Source: Oscillospiraceae bacterium
Lineage (GTDB): Bacteria > Bacillota > Clostridia > Oscillospirales > Ruminococcaceae
NCBI GenBank assembly: GCA_009778065.1
Contig: WRKM01000005.1
Span: forward strand, 26,267-90,266
Direction: 5' to 3'
Length of the DNA: 64,000 bases
Positions within the stretch are counted from its first letter, which is position 1, and each line of letters opens with the position of its first letter. This document shows positions 10,235 through 20,240 of the stretch, one piece after another. The position numbers and the translations under genes are program-made. The notes beneath the pieces are model-generated. The model had not been told where the DNA came from. It saw only the letters and a program-made list of their open reading frames with translations, and did not search any database.

Positions 10235-11083
10235 TTACGCCTCCTCTCCGTTATTGTATGACGGGATTATATCAATGACGACTATTTCGGGCGGGTTAAA
10301 AATACGCGGAATCAATCCGGAATTAAGAGCCAATCCTCTGCTGATTATCATTGTTCTGTTGAACTCAACATACATTCCCGCCGTGTATTTAGGAAAAAGC
10401 CCCTGATTGGGCGAATATATACCATCCACTATGTACGGTATCCTCCACTGACCGCCATGAACATGACCCGCTAACATTAAATCAAACTCATAAACAGACA
10501 CCTGCTCGAAGCGTTCCGGTCTGTGGTACAAAAAGAGGGTTAACAGGCTGTTGTCTATATCCGAAAACGCACTGTTTAACTGTTCTCTGCCTACTGACGG
10601 GTCATCTGCGCCGCAGATATTAATTAGCTGTCCGTTTACGCTGACGACTTCATTTTTTCCGTCTAAGACAGATACGCCGTAACCGATAAATATATCTTTA
10701 GGCGAACCCGACTTGCTCCCTTTTATTTCATGGTTTCCCGTTACATAAAAGCAGGGATATTTGTCGGCTATGCCTTCAAGCAGTTTGATTGTACCCGTGT
10801 GGCGGACTCTATTGTCGGCTATATCTCCCGCCATTAGAATCAAGTCGGGATTTTGCCGCGTTATTTCTTCTATTAATATTTCCTGCTCTTTCCCGTAAAG
10901 GTGGCTGTGCAGGTCAGCTAAAAGCACAACCCTGAAAGGCTGTTCTATTTTATCGCTTCGGAAAGTATAATAAGTCACCGAAAGCTCATGGTCAACCGCA
11001 ACAAACAAAAACACGCCGGTTAAGATAATTCCTCCGGCTAAGAAAATAAATCTCTTTTTCAATTTAAATCTTATTTTTTTCAT
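10235..11083 (-). CDS. Metallophosphoesterase (YkuE/calcineurin-like) with N-terminal membrane anchor
   Basis: DLH, GD, GNHE, HRP and GHVHGGQ motifs. Start probably ATG 11083; the ORF track starts at 11134, inside mreB. Confidence 0.88.
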   Translation of the reverse strand: MKKIRFKLKKRFIFLAGGIILTGVFLFVAVDHELSVTYYTFRSDKIEQPFRVVLLADLHSHLYGKEQEILIEEITRQNPDLILMAGDIADNRVRHTGTIKLLEGIADKYPCFYVTGNHEIKGSKSGSPKDIFIGYGVSVLDGKNEVVSVNGQLINICGADDPSVGREQLNSAFSDIDNSLLTLFLYHRPERFEQVSVYEFDLMLAGHVHGGQWRIPYIVDGIYSPNQGLFPKYTAGMYVEFNRTMIISRGLALNSGLIPRIFNPPEIVVIDIIPSYNNGEEA

Positions 11084-11111
11084 GCTCTGCTCGGAACAGT
11101 CACAAACTTCC

Positions 11112-12131
11112 TCAATATCTTGCGTCGTCTTCATTAAGAACGTCTAACAACTTATCTATATTTTCGAGAACCTTACCCGTGCCTTCCGCTACACAGTCTA
11201 TCGGTCTTTCTGCGATTTTTACGGGCATACCTGTTTCTGCGTGAATCAGTAAATCCAAACCCTTTAAATTCGCGCCGCCGCCCGCGAGCATTATACCCGT
11301 GTCTATAATATCAGAGGCAAGCTCGGGCGGAGTTTTTTCGAGCGTAACCTTGACCGCCTCAATTACGTGACTGAGCGGTTCTCCGAGTGCTTCGCGGATT
11401 TCTTCACTTGTGACGGTGATGTTTTCGGGCAACCCATTTAGGAGATTACGCCCTTTTATATCCATGACCGGCTCGTTATCCGAGAGCGGGTATGCGGAGC
11501 CTATACCGATTTTTAAGTTTTCGGCAGTCCGTTCTCCGATTAAAAGATTATATTTTTTCTTGATGTAGTTTATAATTGCCGAATCAAACTCATCACCCGC
11601 GACCCTGACTGATTTCGACGTTACTATACCGCCGAGCGATATAACAGCAACCTCGCTCGTGCCGCCGCCTATATCCACTATCATACTGCCGGTAGGCTCT
11701 GCAACGGGCAAACCCGCACCAATTGCCGCCGCCATAGGTTCTTCTATTATAGAAACACGCTTGGCGCCTGCGTTTTGCGTAGCTTCTTTAACGGCTCTGC
11801 GTTCTACAGCCGTAACGCCCGACGGGATGCAGATAATGACCCTCGGTCGTGCGAAAGAACGTCCGCGCATCGCTTTTTTAATAAATGCCTGTAACATGCT
11901 TGTCGTCATATCGAAATCAGCAATAACGCCGTCCTTTAGCGGTCTGACCGCAACAATAGAACCCGGAGTTCTGCCTATTACGTCTTTCGCCTCTTGCCCG
12001 ACATAACGAACCCTGTCGTGTTTTACATCCACCGCCACTACACTTGGCTCGCGTATGATTACGCCCTTTCCTCTCATGTAAACTAAGGTGTTAGCTGTCC
12101 CTAAATCAATTCCGATGTCTTTTGAAAACAT
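11112..12131 (-). CDS. mreB: Rod shape-determining protein MreB
   Basis: [36 protein letters not shown]. Confidence 0.98.
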   Translation of the reverse strand: MFSKDIGIDLGTANTLVYMRGKGVIIREPSVVAVDVKHDRVRYVGQEAKDVIGRTPGSIVAVRPLKDGVIADFDMTTSMLQAFIKKAMRGRSFARPRVIICIPSGVTAVERRAVKEATQNAGAKRVSIIEEPMAAAIGAGLPVAEPTGSMIVDIGGGTSEVAVISLGGIVTSKSVRVAGDEFDSAIINYIKKKYNLLIGERTAENLKIGIGSAYPLSDNEPVMDIKGRNLLNGLPENITVTSEEIREALGEPLSHVIEAVKVTLEKTPPELASDIIDTGIMLAGGGANLKGLDLLIHAETGMPVKIAERPIDCVAEGTGKVLENIDKLLDVLNEDDARY

Positions 12132-12196
12132 TTTTAATCCTCTCTTTTTATAAATCTTGTCTTAAATGGAGTCCTTTCTTTTGCTTGTCTTACAAT

Positions 12197-12225
12197 ATTA
12201 TAGCACGAATTGGCTCATGTTACAA
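12197..12225 (-). promoter_or_regulatory. sigma70 promoter of mreB operon
   Basis: Minus strand TTGTAA, 17 bp, TATAAT. Confidence 0.75.
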
Positions 12226-12254
12226 CATTTATTTCATAAATTTTACCGTTTTTT

Positions 12255-12689
12255 TTAAGCTCCGGTCGAACCAAAGCCGCCATCCCCCCGTTCAGTAACG
12301 GAAAGCTCGTTGTCAATTGAAAATTCTGCCGTACAAAAAGGCATAACAACAAGCTGCGCAATCCTGTCACCGTCGCCTATTTCAAAGGCGTCTGTACCAT
12401 GATTAATTACAGGGATTTTAAGCTCACCCCTGTAGTCGCTGTCAATCACCCCTACACAATTTGACAGAGATACGCCATGTTTAGAGGCAAGAGAACTTCT
12501 CGGAAAAATAAAGCCGCCGAAGCCTTCGGGTATTTCCAAACTGAGTCCGGTCGGAATCAATTCGCGTCCCGATGGCTCAAGCCGAACAGTATGCTCAATA
12601 CGTGCAAATAAATCAGCCCCCGCACTCCCCGATGTCGCACGGAAAGGCAGTTTAGCGTTCTCGTTTAGTTTTTTTACTTTGATGTTCAT
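12255..12689 (-). CDS. dut: dUTP diphosphatase
   Basis: SAGADL, PRSSL, GVIDSDYRGE, RIAQL, RGDGGFGSTG. Confidence 0.97.
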   Translation of the reverse strand: MNIKVKKLNENAKLPFRATSGSAGADLFARIEHTVRLEPSGRELIPTGLSLEIPEGFGGFIFPRSSLASKHGVSLSNCVGVIDSDYRGELKIPVINHGTDAFEIGDGDRIAQLVVMPFCTAEFSIDNELSVTERGDGGFGSTGA

Positions 12690-12690
12690 G

Positions 12691-13458
12691 CTATTTTATC
12701 CTTTCGCAGTACAGACCGCGCGTGAACTTTCCGTACATGTCTTTTGGAGAACGGTTCTGCTTATATTGACTTAATATGTCCGAAATGTTTTCGTCTGTGA
12801 ATTTTAAAACGCAAAAATCCGCGCTTTTGTCCATTATTTTATCACTGACAACGAGCGGGACGGGATTTAAAATCTCGACCTCTCCCCATCTGCAAAGTGT
12901 TTGAAGCTTATTTCCGAGCCTGTCTGTAAGTTCGGTACAGCCTTGCCGTCCGCACAGCTTACTGTCCTTTACGGGACAGCGGCGTGTTACCATGAGCGGT
13001 ATTTTTCCGTAGGCGATAAACCCCATCGGTATGCGGCGGATAATTCTCTTCATTCCGACGAACGAGAGTTCCACCGAAAAAATACCGTCAGCAAGTTCCA
13101 TATCCTCATATTGTTTCAGGGCAAGGCTGTTTGTGATGTTAAGCCGAAATCCGCCGCAAGGATTCAATCCCGCGCTTTTTATAAGCTCAATATGCCCTAA
13201 GGTATGCGCCAATACGTTTTTAAACCCTAACTTACGAAGAATCGACAGTTTTTCTGCGGTTACAGATTCGTTACCACCTAAAAAAACAGGCGGGATAAGG
13301 ATTATGCGCGGCTTATCGAGTTCATTCATTGCTGTCGGGAAAACAGAGTCTTTCCCTGCACAGAAAAATTCCATAGGTGCGTAGATGTATTCAAAATCGG
13401 CGATTGCCGCCGCTTCGGTAAGCTGTTCTGTTTTCGTTATTTCTGCTCTGTATTTCAT
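12691..13458 (-). CDS. Stand-alone protein resembling the C-terminal barrel of long U32-family (RlhA-like) proteins
   Basis: GFRLNITNS, SVELS, AYGKIPLM..RRCP and terminal FTRGLY resemble C-termini of clostridial U32 proteins found next to dut. Has its own ATG and SD (AAAGGG). Confidence 0.6.
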   Translation of the reverse strand: MKYRAEITKTEQLTEAAAIADFEYIYAPMEFFCAGKDSVFPTAMNELDKPRIILIPPVFLGGNESVTAEKLSILRKLGFKNVLAHTLGHIELIKSAGLNPCGGFRLNITNSLALKQYEDMELADGIFSVELSFVGMKRIIRRIPMGFIAYGKIPLMVTRRCPVKDSKLCGRQGCTELTDRLGNKLQTLCRWGEVEILNPVPLVVSDKIMDKSADFCVLKFTDENISDILSQYKQNRSPKDMYGKFTRGLYCERIK

Positions 13459-13467
13459 ATACCCTTT

Positions 13468-14994
13468 CTACAACAACGGCGCAAATACTTTCAACAACGA
13501 ACACAGTAACTGCTTTGCGAACGGTGTGTTTTCAATCTGCGCGAGCGTAACCATGTTCGACTGCGAAAGTGCGTTTTCAAAGGAAGCCTTCGCCTGCATT
13601 ACCGCCTTTGAGCCGTAAAGCCATACCCCATTTTCAAAATGCAGATAAAAGCTCCGAAAATCAAAGTTGGCGGTACCGACTATGGCTTTTTCATCGTCGG
13701 AGACTATTGTTTTATTGTGTATAAAGCCCGGAGAATACTCATATATGTTTACTCCTGCTTGGACTAAATCGTTGTAATTTGACTGTGTCATACAGTAAAC
13801 CAACTTTTTATCGGGGGTGCCGGGTGTGATGATTTTCACATCAACCCCGCTTTTTGCGGCGCGTATAAGCGCGGATGATACATTCTGGTCAATAATTAAA
13901 TACGGCGTACAGATATAAACGTACTTTGTCGCGTTTGCTATTATATTGATATAAGCGCTTTCACAGATTAAATCCTGTATAAGCGGTTCGTCAGAAAAAG
14001 GAATAACATAACCGTCATGATTGGCGCGAAATACCGCCATGTATCTGTCATAGTCGGGCGGCTCGGAGGTCGCAAACGTCCACATCTGTAAAAACATAAC
14101 GGTGATTCTGTTCACTGCGTCGCCGCGGAGCATGATTCCGCTGTCCTGCCAATGCCCGAATCGGTCGTTTATACCTATATACTCGTCCGCTATGTTTATT
14201 CCGCCTGTGAAGGCGGTTTTTCCGTCTATTATACATATTTTTCTGTGGTCTCGGTAGTTCAGAAACTTGTCGAGTGAGGGTTTATACGGATTAAACACTG
14301 CGGCTTTAAAGCCTAACTTGCGTAGTTCTTGCGAGAATGTAGGCGATACGCCGCTGATTGCCGAACCCATATCGTCATACATCACACGGATTTCAACTCC
14401 ATGGCTTTGCTTTTCGGCGAGGATGTACTTAATTGTTTCCCACATTTCACCTTCGTTTATAATAAAATATTCAATGAAAATGAATTTTTTTGCTTTTTTG
14501 AGTTCCGTAACAAGCTTTTCAAAAAACAGGTCGCCGGGGGTTAAGTATTCCGTTTCAGTAAACTCGAAAACATCGGTTTTTGAGCTTTTAATAATATAAA
14601 ACGCCTCCCGCGCTATATGCGGAGCCATGGCATCGAGCCGCGCCAAAAGCTCGGTATTTGATACAAGAAATTCTTCCGCACTGTTGTATGCGCGGGTTAA
14701 TTTCTCGGTATTTTTCCTGTTCAGATGAGTACGCCCGAACATGATATAAAAAAGTGCGCCGCAAACAGGAATAGCAAGCACGGGAATAAGCCATGCGATT
14801 TTAAACATCGGGTTATAGTTGCGATTTATTATACCTATCACAATTATTATGTTGGATAGTAAAAATAAAAAGAAAACAGGCAAAAACAGCTGTGATAAGA
14901 AGATTACCACCGAGGCTACAAGTGCGATTTCGATAAACATCAATGCGCTGACTAAAAAAGCGCGGCTTGTCAGTAAACTGAAGAATTTTTTCAT
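13468..14994 (-). CDS. cls: Cardiolipin synthase
   Basis: Two HKD-type motifs (HRKICIID, HNKTIVSD) and N-terminal TM helices. Confidence 0.93.
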   Translation of the reverse strand: MKKFFSLLTSRAFLVSALMFIEIALVASVVIFLSQLFLPVFFLFLLSNIIIVIGIINRNYNPMFKIAWLIPVLAIPVCGALFYIMFGRTHLNRKNTEKLTRAYNSAEEFLVSNTELLARLDAMAPHIAREAFYIIKSSKTDVFEFTETEYLTPGDLFFEKLVTELKKAKKFIFIEYFIINEGEMWETIKYILAEKQSHGVEIRVMYDDMGSAISGVSPTFSQELRKLGFKAAVFNPYKPSLDKFLNYRDHRKICIIDGKTAFTGGINIADEYIGINDRFGHWQDSGIMLRGDAVNRITVMFLQMWTFATSEPPDYDRYMAVFRANHDGYVIPFSDEPLIQDLICESAYINIIANATKYVYICTPYLIIDQNVSSALIRAAKSGVDVKIITPGTPDKKLVYCMTQSNYNDLVQAGVNIYEYSPGFIHNKTIVSDDEKAIVGTANFDFRSFYLHFENGVWLYGSKAVMQAKASFENALSQSNMVTLAQIENTPFAKQLLCSLLKVFAPLL

Positions 14995-16187
14995 AGCTTA
15001 AATGATTTGCGTTTTTTGAGGGCGTATTCCTTAGTGACAGACTCGTAGATTTTAAGAATATCTTTCGCCATATTTTTACAATTTGCGTCAACAATGGAAT
15101 TTCGGGTTGATTCTCCGAGTTTGGTAAACTTTTCTTTCGGCAGGTTGCGTAGTTTTTTAAGAAGCTCGTACATCTCATATCCGTTGTTAAAGTTGTAACC
15201 GTTTACACCGTTTACTACCTGCCCTGCATTCAACTCATCGCGAATATGAAGCACAGGCAACTTCATTGCCATAGCCTCAAGCATAGATATAGAGTTCGTG
15301 TCCGAAAGAGAGGCGGTAATATAAGCATCACAGGCGGCGTAATACGGGGGGAGAAGTTCATGCTCAACCTTACCCGCAAGAAGTACGCTGTTCGAGACGC
15401 CATATTCGTTAATCTCGTTTTCGTGCTGAGTGAAAAAAGGACCGTCTCCGATTATGAGCAGTTTCAATTTATCATCGGGTCTGACATGGTCTGCCCATTC
15501 CTTTATCAGCCAAGAGATATTTTTTTCTTTTCCGAGCCGTCCGCAAAAGCAGAAAACAGTATCATCTACATCGAAACCGAAACTCTCCCGAAGTTTTCCC
15601 CCCTCTGCCGCATCAACAGCCTCAGGATTAAAAACATCTATTTCGACGGGGTTCGGGATTACATTTATGTGCTTTTTAACGCCGCACTTTCTGAAAAAGT
15701 CTTCAACCTTTTTTGACGGACCGGTAATCGCCGCAGATGCACTCGCTAAAGCCCTGGCATAGTTGTATGATGCGCGTGTAACGAATTTGCAAAAATGCTT
15801 GTTGGCGACGTAATAAATATAATCCTCATACATGGTGTGCAGGGTGTAAACAAGCGGGATTTTTAAAAATTTAGCTATGAGTATACCGGACATACCTATA
15901 CCAAATTCGTTGTGTATATGAATTATATCCGGATTAAATTCCCGAATTCCGCGAAGACGCTCCGCACTGATTGGGGAGGCTATGTCGTAGTTATAAATCT
16001 TACGGATTTTGACCGCAGGGCAGTACATTACGTCTCCGTCGATTTGGTGTTTTTTGACGCTTGAGTCTGCCGTAACGATAAGAACCCTGTGTCCAAGTTC
16101 TTCAAGCCCCTCTTTGAGGGACTTAACATGGGTAACCACGCCGTTTATGGTCGGGAGATAGGTCTCGGTAAAAAGAGCAATTTTCAT
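14991..16187 (-). CDS. GT4 glycosyltransferase (diacylglycerol glucosyltransferase-like)
   Basis: MKIALFTETYLPTINGV, H..YE.Y.HY-like segment, GRLGKEKN, LEAMA; start ATG 16187. Confidence 0.88.
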   Translation of the reverse strand: MKIALFTETYLPTINGVVTHVKSLKEGLEELGHRVLIVTADSSVKKHQIDGDVMYCPAVKIRKIYNYDIASPISAERLRGIREFNPDIIHIHNEFGIGMSGILIAKFLKIPLVYTLHTMYEDYIYYVANKHFCKFVTRASYNYARALASASAAITGPSKKVEDFFRKCGVKKHINVIPNPVEIDVFNPEAVDAAEGGKLRESFGFDVDDTVFCFCGRLGKEKNISWLIKEWADHVRPDDKLKLLIIGDGPFFTQHENEINEYGVSNSVLLAGKVEHELLPPYYAACDAYITASLSDTNSISMLEAMAMKLPVLHIRDELNAGQVVNGVNGYNFNNGYEMYELLKKLRNLPKEKFTKLGESTRNSIVDANCKNMAKDILKIYESVTKEYALKKRKSFKL

Positions 16188-16219
16188 AATAACCACCGTA
16201 AAAACTCTAAGTATTAGAT

Positions 16220-16248
16220 AGTATATCATACTTTACAGCTTTTGGCAA
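16220..16248 (-). promoter_or_regulatory. sigma70 promoter of GT4-cls operon
   Basis: Minus strand TTGCCA, 17 bp, TATACT. Confidence 0.7.
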
Positions 16249-16259
16249 GATTTTTCTTC

Positions 16260-16288
16260 TTGAAAAAAGGAAAAATTTATGATAAAAT
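16260..16288 (+). promoter_or_regulatory. sigma70 promoter upstream of GNAT leader
   Basis: TTGAAA, 17 bp, TGn-TAAAAT. Confidence 0.7.
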
Positions 16289-16294
16289 GATTTT

Positions 16295-16439
16295 ATTCCC
16301 TTAATTATTACTTTGGAAGTTAACAGTAGACATTTCCTCTGTGTTTCTCCCGCCGAAGGCGGGGGAAACACGAAAAATACTTTTCCTGCTGTTTGGCGCA
16401 GGAGTAATAAAAGGTTATTAAATATCGGAGAGTATAATT
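16295..16439 (+). promoter_or_regulatory. Structured 5' leader (or sRNA) ahead of GNAT gene
   Basis: 14-bp hairpin 16341-16371, CCTGC/GCAGG hairpin 16385-16402, closing helix TTATTACT (16305-16312)/AGTAATAA (16403-16410). Confidence 0.45.
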
Positions 16440-17318
16440 ATGTATAAGGAATTTTTTAATATGTATAACAGGTGCTTCCCTGAATTTAAGATGAGGGAGG
16501 GCGTGTTTTACGATTGGTTAAAACCGGAAAAAGCGCATATAATCCGCAATTCAGAGGGCGGTAACGAGAAACTTACAGGTTTCGCTTTAATCCACGGTAA
16601 CTCAATCGCGCTTTTATGCGTCGATAAAAAATACAGACGAAGAGGCTTCGGGAGCAGGCTTTTGAAGGAGTCTGAAGAATATATAAAACAAAAAGGCGCG
16701 GATAGGATTATACTCGGGCATGGTGTGCATTATGTGTTTCAGGGGGTACCTTTAAGCGGTGACGTTGAAAACAAAGAAAAAAACGAAGACTCGGCGGCGG
16801 TTGATTTTTTTAAGAAAAGAGGTTACGAAGCCGAGTGGGTGAGCGTTAACATGGAAATGAGGCTTGCGGATTTCGATATTTCCGCACTTGCGATTCCGCC
16901 GAAACCCGATTCTGTGAGTTTTCGGTTTGCCGATTATTCATATAATTCAGACAGAACCGCCCTGCTTGCCGCTGTGGAAGATGCGGATTCGGGCTGGGTC
17001 GGCATTTTTGAGGACTGCGCAGACCCTGTTATGCTTGCGGTCATTAATGATGAGATAGTCGGTTTTCAAATTTTGGCTCCGATAGGTGCGCGATTTTCTC
17101 CGCAGGGTGAAAAAGCCGCATGTATCGGTTGTGTCGGTGTTATAAAAAAAGCGCGGAAACTCGGCATAGGCAGACAGATGGTGGCGGAGGGTATAAACTG
17201 GTTAAAAGGTCAAGGTTGTACGTCAATAGAACTGCGTTATGTTGAACTATTTGACTGGTATAGAAAATTAGGTTTTTATATAATGGGCAAACAGTGGATG
17301 GGAGAAAAGATACTATGA
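16440..17318 (+). CDS. Tandem-domain GNAT N-acetyltransferase
   Basis: Two acetyl-CoA motif A copies (VDKKYRRRGFG, VIKKARKLGIG). Confidence 0.85.
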   Translation: MYKEFFNMYNRCFPEFKMREGVFYDWLKPEKAHIIRNSEGGNEKLTGFALIHGNSIALLCVDKKYRRRGFGSRLLKESEEYIKQKGADRIILGHGVHYVFQGVPLSGDVENKEKNEDSAAVDFFKKRGYEAEWVSVNMEMRLADFDISALAIPPKPDSVSFRFADYSYNSDRTALLAAVEDADSGWVGIFEDCADPVMLAVINDEIVGFQILAPIGARFSPQGEKAACIGCVGVIKKARKLGIGRQMVAEGINWLKGQGCTSIELRYVELFDWYRKLGFYIMGKQWMGEKIL

Positions 17319-17338
17319 TTTTTTTAAAGACGGTTTGA

Positions 17339-17354
17339 TGAAAAGCGTTTAGCA
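17339..17354. promoter_or_regulatory. Possible LacI-family/cre-like operator
   Basis: TGAAAAGCGTTTAGCA with CG centre, about 60 bp upstream of the sugar ABC promoter. Confidence 0.35.
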
Positions 17355-17413
17355 ATCATAAACAAAGAATCATTTTTACAGTTGTAACAACTCCCAAATA
17401 TTCCCATTAGAGC

Positions 17414-17442
17414 TTGAAAAAATTTGTATTCTGGTGTATAAT
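17414..17442 (+). promoter_or_regulatory. sigma70 promoter of sugar ABC operon
   Basis: TTGAAA, 17 bp, TATAAT. Confidence 0.8.
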
Positions 17443-17497
17443 TATGTAAGGCGGAACAAACAACCATATCAAACACAATTTAAAGGAGGACAAAATT

Positions 17498-18736
17498 ATG
17501 AAAAAGCTATTAACACTGATTCTCGCGTCCGCGATGATACTGTCTGTTGCGGGATGCACGCAGAACGATTCCGGAAGCGAGACAAACGCAGGCAGCGGAA
17601 CAGGCGGCGGAAATGTCGAGGTCACCCTGAGAGTGTGGGCTTCTCAAGAAGACCAAGGGTTAACTCGTGAGCTTGCCGATAAGTTCATTGCCGCAAATTC
17701 GGACAAGAAAATCACAATCGAACTCGGCGTAGTAGGAGAACCTGATGCGTATGCCACCTACAGCGAAGACCCGGAAGCCGCCGCCGATGTATTCTTCTTC
17801 CCGAACGACCAACTTCGCAGTTTCGTGACGGCAGGAGGACTTTATGAGGTTACGCGCAACAAGGACGAAATTGTTTCACGTAACATAGAAAGTTCTATAG
17901 AAGCCGCCACCTTCGACGGAAAGCTTTACGGCTACCCCATGACCGCCGATAACGGGTATTTCCTTTACTACGACAAGTCGGTGCTTTCTGAAGAAGACGT
18001 TAAGTCTCTTGACAGAATCATAGAGGTTTCAGAAGCCGCAGGTAAGAGGGTATTCATGAACCTCGACGACAACGCTTGGTACTTAGCCTCGTTTTTCCTT
18101 GGTGCGGGTTGCACATTGGTGATAGGCGAGGACGGCAGACAGATTTGTAATTTTAATAACGCCGACGGTCTTGCCGCCGCAAAAGCAATACAGGCGTTCA
18201 CCTCAAGTTCCGCATACATAAACGGTGACGACAGTGTGCTTAAAGGCGGTATAGGCGGAACAATTTCGGCGGGCGTATCAGGCACATGGAACGCACAGGA
18301 TATCTCCGATGTGTTAGGTGAAAACTACGCCGCAACGAAGCTCCCGACCTTCACAATGGATGGCAGACAGGTACAAATGGGTTCATTCGGAGGCTATAAG
18401 TTAGTGGGGATTAACTCGCTGATAACCGATGCCGACAAATTAGTCACGGCAATGGATTTTGCCGACTTCCTCACCAACGAAGAAAGCCAAGTCGAACGGT
18501 TTAAACAACGCGCTATGGGTCCGTCTAACATTAACGCGGCGGCCGACTCCGCAGTTCAGGAAAACATAGCTTTAGCCGCGCTTGCAATGCAGGCTCCCTT
18601 TGCGACTTCTCAAAACGATATTAACAATAACACCTTCTGGGGTCCCGCAGGTGCGTTCGGAACAGCAATGGTTAACGGCGACACCACCGACCTTCAAACC
18701 TTGCTGGACAACATGGTGAATCAAATCCAAGAATAA
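17498..18736 (+). CDS. Sugar ABC transporter substrate-binding lipoprotein (maltose/maltodextrin type)
   Basis: Lipobox VAGC, ADVFFFPNDQL, GKLYGYP, SGTWNA. Confidence 0.9.
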   Translation: MKKLLTLILASAMILSVAGCTQNDSGSETNAGSGTGGGNVEVTLRVWASQEDQGLTRELADKFIAANSDKKITIELGVVGEPDAYATYSEDPEAAADVFFFPNDQLRSFVTAGGLYEVTRNKDEIVSRNIESSIEAATFDGKLYGYPMTADNGYFLYYDKSVLSEEDVKSLDRIIEVSEAAGKRVFMNLDDNAWYLASFFLGAGCTLVIGEDGRQICNFNNADGLAAAKAIQAFTSSSAYINGDDSVLKGGIGGTISAGVSGTWNAQDISDVLGENYAATKLPTFTMDGRQVQMGSFGGYKLVGINSLITDADKLVTAMDFADFLTNEESQVERFKQRAMGPSNINAAADSAVQENIALAALAMQAPFATSQNDINNNTFWGPAGAFGTAMVNGDTTDLQTLLDNMVNQIQE

Positions 18737-18750
18737 TCTCATAGTTTCCG

Positions 18751-18797
18751 AGGGGGTGAGTTATGTTGAGGCTGTTGCGTAAACAAATTCACCCCCT
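18751..18797 (+). terminator. Intercistronic hairpin after SBP gene (partial terminator or mRNA stabiliser)
   Basis: AGGGGGTGAGTT (18751-18762)/AATTCACCCCCT (18786-18797), then TTCCTT. Confidence 0.6.
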
Positions 18798-18833
18798 TTC
18801 CTTATCATTTTAATACATTCGGAGGGAATAAAA

Positions 18834-20240
18834 TTGACAAAACAACAAAATACCGGTGTAAAGAAAAACGCCCGGAAAATAAAAGCCCATGCAAATAATA
18901 AAGAGAGTATTACCTCTTTAAACGCCCTTGTCCACGGGAACGCCCGCACAAGGCTCTCGTTAGTCATATCGGGTTTCGGAAACATAATGTACGGACAGAT
19001 AATAAAAGGCTTGCTTTTCCTCGGGTTCCAATTCTCTGTACTGTTCATTTTTATCTCGTTCGGAATGGAATACGTGAGTAAAATAAACACCCTCGGAACG
19101 GAGACTATGAGAAGTGAATATAATGACGCTCTCGATATTTTCGTCAATGTTCCGGGGGATAACTCGCTCAAGATTCTGTTGTATTCCATTTTTGCCGTCG
19201 CTATATTAGTGGTCGGTATAACACTTCAGCTTGCATCGGTGAAATCATCATACGCCACTCAGCTTGACGTGAAAAGGGGTAAACAGCCGAACAGTTTTGC
19301 GGCAGATTTACGCAGTATGCTTGATAAAAATCTTCATACAACATTACTTACTCCGCCTTTTCTCGGCGTCGCCGCATTTACCCTGCTCCCTATCATTTTT
19401 ATGATACTTTTGGCATTCACAAATTTTGACCGCGACCATCAGCCGCCGGGTAATTTGTTTACGTGGGTAGGCTTACAAAACTTCATAGATGTTTTAAATT
19501 TCGGCGGTACAAAGGGCAATACGTTCTTCGGGGTTTTGGGTTGGACATTGGTTTGGGCTGTGTTTGCAACCTTTCTGAACTACCTTTTCGGTATGGTTGT
19601 GGCTTTAATGATTAACAAAAAAGATATAAGGCTTAAAGGTCTTTGGAGAACCTGCTTTGTAATCGCTATCGCTGTTCCGGGGTTTGTGACGTTACTTTTC
19701 ATGCGTCAGATGCTCTCGGAAATGGGTACAGTCAATGTTATACTGCAAAGTTGGGGATTTGAGCCGGTTAATTTTCTGCGGAACACAATGAACGCCCGCC
19801 TGACCGTTATAGTTGTAAATCTGTGGATAGGTATACCTTACACCATGCTGATTACCTCCGGTATACTCATGAATATACCTAAAGATTTATACGAGGCGTC
19901 TAAAATAGACGGCGCAGGACCGCTACGGCAATTCAGGTCTATTACGTTACCTTATATGTTAGCTGTCACCACTCCCTACTTAATAACACAGTTTATCGGA
20001 AACCTTAATAATTTTAACGCGATTTTCTTCCTTACGCAAGGAGGACCGCCCGTAACCGATTATTACAACGCCGGAAAAACCGACCTGCTTATTACATGGC
20101 TGTACCGACTGACGGTAAGTTTCGGGGATTATAATATTGCCAGCGTTATCGGTATAGTTACCTTTGTCATCTGTGCGTCGATTTCACTCATTACGTTTAA
20201 TATTTTGGCGTCCGCTAAAAAGGAGGAGACTTTCTCGTGA
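18834..20240 (+). CDS. Sugar ABC permease (MalF-like)
   Basis: Multi-TM; EAA loop DLYEASKIDGAG; TTG start after GGAGGG. Confidence 0.92.
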   Translation: MTKQQNTGVKKNARKIKAHANNKESITSLNALVHGNARTRLSLVISGFGNIMYGQIIKGLLFLGFQFSVLFIFISFGMEYVSKINTLGTETMRSEYNDALDIFVNVPGDNSLKILLYSIFAVAILVVGITLQLASVKSSYATQLDVKRGKQPNSFAADLRSMLDKNLHTTLLTPPFLGVAAFTLLPIIFMILLAFTNFDRDHQPPGNLFTWVGLQNFIDVLNFGGTKGNTFFGVLGWTLVWAVFATFLNYLFGMVVALMINKKDIRLKGLWRTCFVIAIAVPGFVTLLFMRQMLSEMGTVNVILQSWGFEPVNFLRNTMNARLTVIVVNLWIGIPYTMLITSGILMNIPKDLYEASKIDGAGPLRQFRSITLPYMLAVTTPYLITQFIGNLNNFNAIFFLTQGGPPVTDYYNAGKTDLLITWLYRLTVSFGDYNIASVIGIVTFVICASISLITFNILASAKKEETFS

